DNA of 64,000 nucleotides from Candidatus Multivoradales bacterium (GTDB lineage Bacteria; Acidobacteriota; Thermoanaerobaculia; Multivoradales; J023): NCBI GenBank assembly GCA_965248925.1, contig CBDFLE010000006.1, positions 2,144,001 to 2,208,000 of the forward strand, read 5' to 3'. Shown piece by piece: positions 59,189 to 64,000 of this stretch (position 1 is its first letter; each line of letters starts with the position of its first letter). The notes under the pieces were generated by a model. It saw only the letters and a program-made list of their open reading frames with translations, ran no database searches and was not told where the DNA came from. The position numbers and the translations under genes were made by a program.

Positions 59189-61383
59189 GGCGCAACCTGG
59201 TTGAGTTCTTGGTGGCAGCCGTGGCCACGACCGTTCTGCGTCGCTACTCGCCGTTAGATGCGGCGGATCCCTTCCATGGAGTGCTGAGCGTGCTACCCCT
59301 GGGAGTGGCAGCGTTGCGGACCATCGGCCGGGCCGCCAGACGCTCCTCGGGCCAGAACTCGAAGCCGGCAAGAAGCACGATGGACGGCGTGGTCCTTGGT
59401 GCTTTAGTGCTGCTGACATTGGGCCGCACAGGGCTTGGTTTGGCAGCCACTGACGGGCTCTTGGCGGCGAGTTTCCTGAGCCTCCTCGGGTACCACATCG
59501 CCCGCCTCCTACCGCTGCTGCGGGCGACCCTGGGTCGGCGACTCCCTACCTCGCCACCCTGGATATTCTGGGCCTTACCGGCGGCGACTTACCTGCTGCT
59601 CTTGCCCTGGTCGATGGCCCATCGTCAGCCCGATGGCGACGAGCCTTTCTATCTCTTGTTAACCCACAGCTTGGCGCACGATGGGGACGCCGACCTGGCT
59701 AACAACTACCAGAACCAGGACTGGCGCCACTTCATGCAGCGTGAGATCGAACCTCAACCCGGCGACCCGCTGGGTGAGGACGGTCAGCTCTATTCGCGGC
59801 ACAACCTGCTACTGCCCTTGCTGCTGGCGCCGACTTATCGCCTGGCGGGCTTGGGCGGCGCCCAGGTCAGCTTGGCCTTGCTGGCCGCCTGGTTGGCTTG
59901 GATGGTGCTGCGCCTGGCCTGCAGGTTGGCGCCGGAGAGGCCTCGTGGCGCGCTGCTGGCCTGGGCGCTGGTGGCCTTCTCACCACCGCTGGTGGTGTTC
60001 TCACAGCAGGTCTGGATCGAGGTTCCGGCAGCCCTGCTGCTCGCCTTGGCCGTTGACCGGATCTTGCTCCTCGGCCACCGTGGCCAACACGGCGACCTGC
60101 GCCCAGGTGATCTTTGGCGATTGCTGCTGCCCCTCGGGCTGTTGCCGTTGCTCAAACTACGCCTTGGCCTGGTGGCTCTGCCGCTGCTCCTACTCGCCTG
60201 GCACCGCGGACGGGCTAGCGGCCCATTGCCGAAGCGCCGGGCGCTGGCGGTGCTGGGAGTGTTGGTTGCCGCCATCTTGTGGTTCAACTGGGCACGCTTC
60301 GGCAACCCGTTGAAGATTCATAACTGGAGTGAACTCGGTCTGCTTGAACAACCCCTGACCAGCTACCTGAAAGGTGGCTTGGGAATGTTCTGGGATGTTG
60401 CATTCGGCCTCTTCGCAGTGGCACCGATCTGGCTGCTCTTGTTGCCCGCGCTGTGGTCACTAGCCCACCACCAGCGGCGCTGGTTGGCCGCCGGAGCCTT
60501 GCTCGCTCTGCCCTACCTGACGATCTTGGCTCCCCGTCTCGAGTGGTACGGCGGCTGGTCGCCGGCTTTCCGCTATCCGCTAGTATTTCTACCTCTGCTC
60601 GGTGTCGCATTGGTGCCGCTGCTCGATCGCCGCCGACTCCCCGGACTGCGCGCCGTGGGGGTGGCGTTGAGTTTGACCACCCTTGCACTGACTGTGATCT
60701 GGCTGCTGATTCCGGGCTGGACCTACAATTTCGCCGATGGTCGCAACCATCTGCTCGATGCCACGTCAGCGCGGCTGGGAACCGACATGGCGCGCTGGTT
60801 CCCCAGCATGGTGCGCCCGCGCCTGGCTACCTGGCTGTGGCCGGTCCTATCGCTGCTGCTGATCCCGATCACCCTCGGTCTGCGGCGCCTGCCGCGCCGC
60901 GCCGCCGCGGGTTGGGGACTGGCCGGGCTGTTGGTGGTTTGGGCCGCGGTACCGCTGATCGCCAGCAACTGGCCAACCGGCCGGGTCGAGGTCGAGGATC
61001 CGCAAGTGCGCAAGATCCGCGGCCAACCCTTTCCCCAGACGTGGGCCCTACGGCGGGCGCAGAAACACGGCGGCTGGATGCTCTACCAACGCTGCCGAGT
61101 GGAGACTCCGGTCACCCCTGGCGGTCGCCGAGTGCGCTTACGTGCTCGGGTCAGATTCGTGGAAAACCGCCTCGGTACGCCGTTGCAACTCGAGGTGCTG
61201 GCCGGCGATAGCTTGCTGGCCACCTGGACGGCCAGCCGCAACCGGCGCTGGCAAACCCTCGACCTCGGCACCTTCGACTGGCCTGATGAGGCCACCTTGG
61301 TGCTCAGGCTGCCAACCACGGCGCCGTTAGGCGCGCCGCGCAACGGCCTGATCGTCGATTGGCTGGATTTCGACTGGCAATGA
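59185..61383 (+). CDS. GT-C fold membrane glycosyltransferase-like protein
   Basis: DGDEPFYL..HSL..DGD loop, YSRH, W.EVP, GGWSPAFRY; multi-TM. Confidence 0.65.
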   Translation: MRRNLVEFLVAAVATTVLRRYSPLDAADPFHGVLSVLPLGVAALRTIGRAARRSSGQNSKPARSTMDGVVLGALVLLTLGRTGLGLAATDGLLAASFLSLLGYHIARLLPLLRATLGRRLPTSPPWIFWALPAATYLLLLPWSMAHRQPDGDEPFYLLLTHSLAHDGDADLANNYQNQDWRHFMQREIEPQPGDPLGEDGQLYSRHNLLLPLLLAPTYRLAGLGGAQVSLALLAAWLAWMVLRLACRLAPERPRGALLAWALVAFSPPLVVFSQQVWIEVPAALLLALAVDRILLLGHRGQHGDLRPGDLWRLLLPLGLLPLLKLRLGLVALPLLLLAWHRGRASGPLPKRRALAVLGVLVAAILWFNWARFGNPLKIHNWSELGLLEQPLTSYLKGGLGMFWDVAFGLFAVAPIWLLLLPALWSLAHHQRRWLAAGALLALPYLTILAPRLEWYGGWSPAFRYPLVFLPLLGVALVPLLDRRRLPGLRAVGVALSLTTLALTVIWLLIPGWTYNFADGRNHLLDATSARLGTDMARWFPSMVRPRLATWLWPVLSLLLIPITLGLRRLPRRAAAGWGLAGLLVVWAAVPLIASNWPTGRVEVEDPQVRKIRGQPFPQTWALRRAQKHGGWMLYQRCRVETPVTPGGRRVRLRARVRFVENRLGTPLQLEVLAGDSLLATWTASRNRRWQTLDLGTFDWPDEATLVLRLPTTAPLGAPRNGLIVDWLDFDWQ

Positions 61384-62396
61384 GTGCGATTACTAAAGAG
61401 CTAGGGCTGGTCAACGACTCTAGGGGGGAGTCTCACGCGCTACGGGTCAGCGCGGTGGTCGCCACCATCGGTAAGAGCCGCTGGCTGGCGCCCTGTCTCG
61501 AAGCGCTGCGCCGCGAAGGCGGAACGCAACTAGAAATCATCCTCGTGGATCAAACACCCGAGCCTTGCTCCACGCCTGCTGGCTTGGTGGACTTGGTGCT
61601 GCGACCGGGTCGCAACCTGGGATTTGCTCAAGCCAATAATCTTGCCTTCGCCGCGGCTCACGGCGAGTTGTTGGTAACGGTCAACGACGACGCCCTGATC
61701 GAACCCGGATGGCTCCAGGGGCTACTCGCCGAACTCGAAAGGCAACCGCGAGCCGCCGCCGTCCAAGGGGTCAATCTACGTCTCGACGAACCTTCCCTGG
61801 CCGATGGCTGTGGCTTGGGCTGGAATGGAGCCTGGCAAGCAATTCAGCTCGGCCGGGACCACCCCCCGCCGACTACCGAGAGCGCATCTGAGGAGATCTT
61901 TGGCGTCTCGGCAACGGCGGCGATCTACCGCCGCGAAGCCCTCTATGCGGTCTCTGGTGAAGATCTGGAGGCCTTCGATCCCGCCCTTGGTTCCTATTGG
62001 GAAGATGTTGATTTGGCGGCGCGCCTGCGTACCGCGGGCTGGCATGCCCGTCTGGTGCCCGCCGCCCGTGCCCACCACGCCGGTTCAACCAGCGGCGAAC
62101 AAATCGGTCTGGGCAGCACGCCGTGGATCTACGGCAACCGCCACCTGGTACTGGCGCGCATGCTCGGCCTGGGCTATTGGGCCAGATGGCCGAAGATCCT
62201 CGGCCGCGACCTGATAGATCTCGGCCAGGCGCTGCTCGATCGCCGCGGGCGCTTGGCAGTCGGCATCCTCCGAGGCTGGCTGCGAGCCCTGCCCCGCTTC
62301 CCTCGGTTTGCCCATTTTGGTCCAGCCCGTCTGCAGGTCGAGGAGCTGCGCCGGTTTATGGTCCGGCCACCGCCGGCGGATCGACATAAGCACTGA
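61380..62396 (+). CDS. Family 2 glycosyltransferase
   Basis: [25 protein letters not shown]. Confidence 0.88.
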   Translation: MSAITKELGLVNDSRGESHALRVSAVVATIGKSRWLAPCLEALRREGGTQLEIILVDQTPEPCSTPAGLVDLVLRPGRNLGFAQANNLAFAAAHGELLVTVNDDALIEPGWLQGLLAELERQPRAAAVQGVNLRLDEPSLADGCGLGWNGAWQAIQLGRDHPPPTTESASEEIFGVSATAAIYRREALYAVSGEDLEAFDPALGSYWEDVDLAARLRTAGWHARLVPAARAHHAGSTSGEQIGLGSTPWIYGNRHLVLARMLGLGYWARWPKILGRDLIDLGQALLDRRGRLAVGILRGWLRALPRFPRFAHFGPARLQVEELRRFMVRPPPADRHKH

Positions 62397-63921
62397 CCTG
62401 GTCGCCAAAACCGGGATCACCGATCAGCTGGGCCACGGCTTCGATGTCGGGAGCAAAGAAGCGGTCCTTATCCCACCGGCGAGCGACCGTGCGGACCAAC
62501 TCGAAAGCCCGCTCGAGGGCAGCACTGGTACGCAACGGGCGGCGTAGATCGATGCCTTGACAGGCACCGAGCAGCTCGATGGCAACAATCCGCCGGGTGT
62601 TGGCGTTCATCGCTCCGAGCCGGTGGGCGGCAAAGGTGGCCATGCTGACGTGGTCTTCTTGGTTGGCCGAGGTCGGTAGGCTGTCGACACTAGCGGGATG
62701 AGCGCGGCTCTTGTTTTCGCTGGCTAGGGCGGCGGCGGTCACATGGGCGATCATGAATCCCGAGTTGAGCCCAGCGTCCTCAACCAAGAAGGAGGGCAAC
62801 TGGCTGAGGGAAGCGTCGATCAGCAGCGCCATCCGCCGTTCCGACAAAGCGCCGATTTCGGCGATTGCCAAGGCCAGATTGTCGGCCGCCAAAGCCACCG
62901 GCTCAGCGTGGAAGTTGCCACCGGAGAGAATCTCGCCGAGCCCTTCCTCCCCCACTAGCGGCGGCATCACTAGCGGATTGTCAGTGACCGCATTGGCCTC
63001 CCGCTCCAGAACCGAGGCGACAAAACGCAGCTGTTCCAAACATGCACCCATCACTTGTGGCTGACAGCGTAGGGAGTAGGGATCCTGCACTCGATCACAG
63101 CCGATGTGCGACTTGCCGATCTCGCTTTCGCCGAGCAGCCGGCGATAGATCTCGGCGGCGGCGATCTGCCCCAGCTGACCCCGTAGCAGCTGAATTCTGG
63201 GGTCAAACGGCACCCGGCTACCCAGAGCCGCCTCGACCGACAGCGAGCCGGCAACAAATGCCGCCGAAGTGTTGCGCTCGGCGGCAAATAGGCCAGCCAA
63301 GGCCAAAGCGGTGGACACTTGGGTGCCATTGAGCAGGGCCAAGCCCTCCTTGGCCTCTAGTTCCAGCGCTTGCAGTCCAAGGCGCCGCAGCCCTTCGGCG
63401 CCGTCGAGCAAATCGCCAGCGAGCTTCACCCGCCCTTCGCCGAGCAGCGGCAGGCTGAGATGGGCCAGTGGCGCCAGGTCCCCCGAAGCGCCGACTGAAC
63501 CCTGAGCTGGAATCACCGGCAGCAGATCGTGTTCGAGAAATGCCAGCAGCAACCGCACCACCGCGGGGCGCACCCCGGAGTGGCCGCGGGCAAGTCCATT
63601 GATCTTAAGCAGCAAGATCAACCGTACCGTGCGGTCGTCGAGCGCCTTACCGACACCGGTGGCATGGGAAAGGAGGAGGTTGCGCTGGAGCTCGCCAAGC
63701 TGGTCGGCGGGAATGGGGGTCTGGGCCAGGCGCCCGAAGCCGGTGTTGACACCGTAGGTCACCCGGCCAGCGGCCAAGGTCCGACGGATGGTCTCGCGAG
63801 CTGCTGCGAGATTTCGCCAAGCAGTCTCGCCGAGGGTCACCGGTAGACGGCGACGCCAACCGTCGCGTAACTGGCCGAGGGTCAATTCGCCAGCCTGCAA
63901 TTTGAGTTCTTCGACGCCCAC
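62356..63921 (-). CDS. hutH: Histidine ammonia-lyase
   Basis: [20 protein letters not shown] (MIO), [16 protein letters not shown]. Confidence 0.96.
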   Translation of the reverse strand: MGVEELKLQAGELTLGQLRDGWRRRLPVTLGETAWRNLAAARETIRRTLAAGRVTYGVNTGFGRLAQTPIPADQLGELQRNLLLSHATGVGKALDDRTVRLILLLKINGLARGHSGVRPAVVRLLLAFLEHDLLPVIPAQGSVGASGDLAPLAHLSLPLLGEGRVKLAGDLLDGAEGLRRLGLQALELEAKEGLALLNGTQVSTALALAGLFAAERNTSAAFVAGSLSVEAALGSRVPFDPRIQLLRGQLGQIAAAEIYRRLLGESEIGKSHIGCDRVQDPYSLRCQPQVMGACLEQLRFVASVLEREANAVTDNPLVMPPLVGEEGLGEILSGGNFHAEPVALAADNLALAIAEIGALSERRMALLIDASLSQLPSFLVEDAGLNSGFMIAHVTAAALASENKSRAHPASVDSLPTSANQEDHVSMATFAAHRLGAMNANTRRIVAIELLGACQGIDLRRPLRTSAALERAFELVRTVARRWDKDRFFAPDIEAVAQLIGDPGFGDQVSAYVDPPAVAGP

Positions 63922-64000
63922 TATTTCTCCTCTTCGGCCAGCTGTTCAAGAACCTGGCGAAAACGCTCTGCCACCACTCGACGAGCGATGTGGCGACCTT
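63921..64000 (-). CDS. 3' end of the upstream gene, possibly formimidoylglutamate deiminase
   Basis: [25 protein letters not shown]; stop overlaps the hutH GTG; resembles HutF C-termini. Confidence 0.4.
   Translation of the reverse strand, partial: GRHIARRVVAERFRQVLEQLAEEEK

Overview
GC-rich bacterial chromosome segment. The style (DGFESG-tailed secreted proteins, an IPTL-CTERM protein, an ECF sigma/Ser-Thr kinase pair) suggests Acidobacteriota such as Thermoanaerobaculia; this is inference only. Housekeeping and metabolic blocks are: the end of an ActF-narK-mobB operon, a ric/Crp-Fnr nitrosative-stress cluster, ppk2-glgA-glgC, gltX with tRNA-Gln and tRNA-Ser, tkt, serS with tRNA-Ser, a glycosylation locus and hut genes. 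These alternate with accessory patches rich in toxin-antitoxin modules. The most striking locus is 39.4-55 kb. It holds a co-oriented three-gene cluster encoding a dockerin/TSP3/Calx-beta protein, a 1.8-kaa FG-GAP protein with a coiled-coil and Tc-toxin-A-like C-terminus, and a cohesin protein with a DGFES tail. A SARP(BTAD)-NACHT-membrane regulator gene is divergent from it, with 11-bp-period repeats in the shared intergenic region, and the block is bracketed by a ~108-bp direct repeat. Other features the ORF track misses: a UGA-recoded ArsC-like selenoprotein, an in-frame amber codon splitting an HzsA-like heme protein, a mosaic 37-bp repeat joining two broken PIN toxin genes, and a diverged intergenic repeat pair. 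All product calls come from motif recognition by eye, not database searches.
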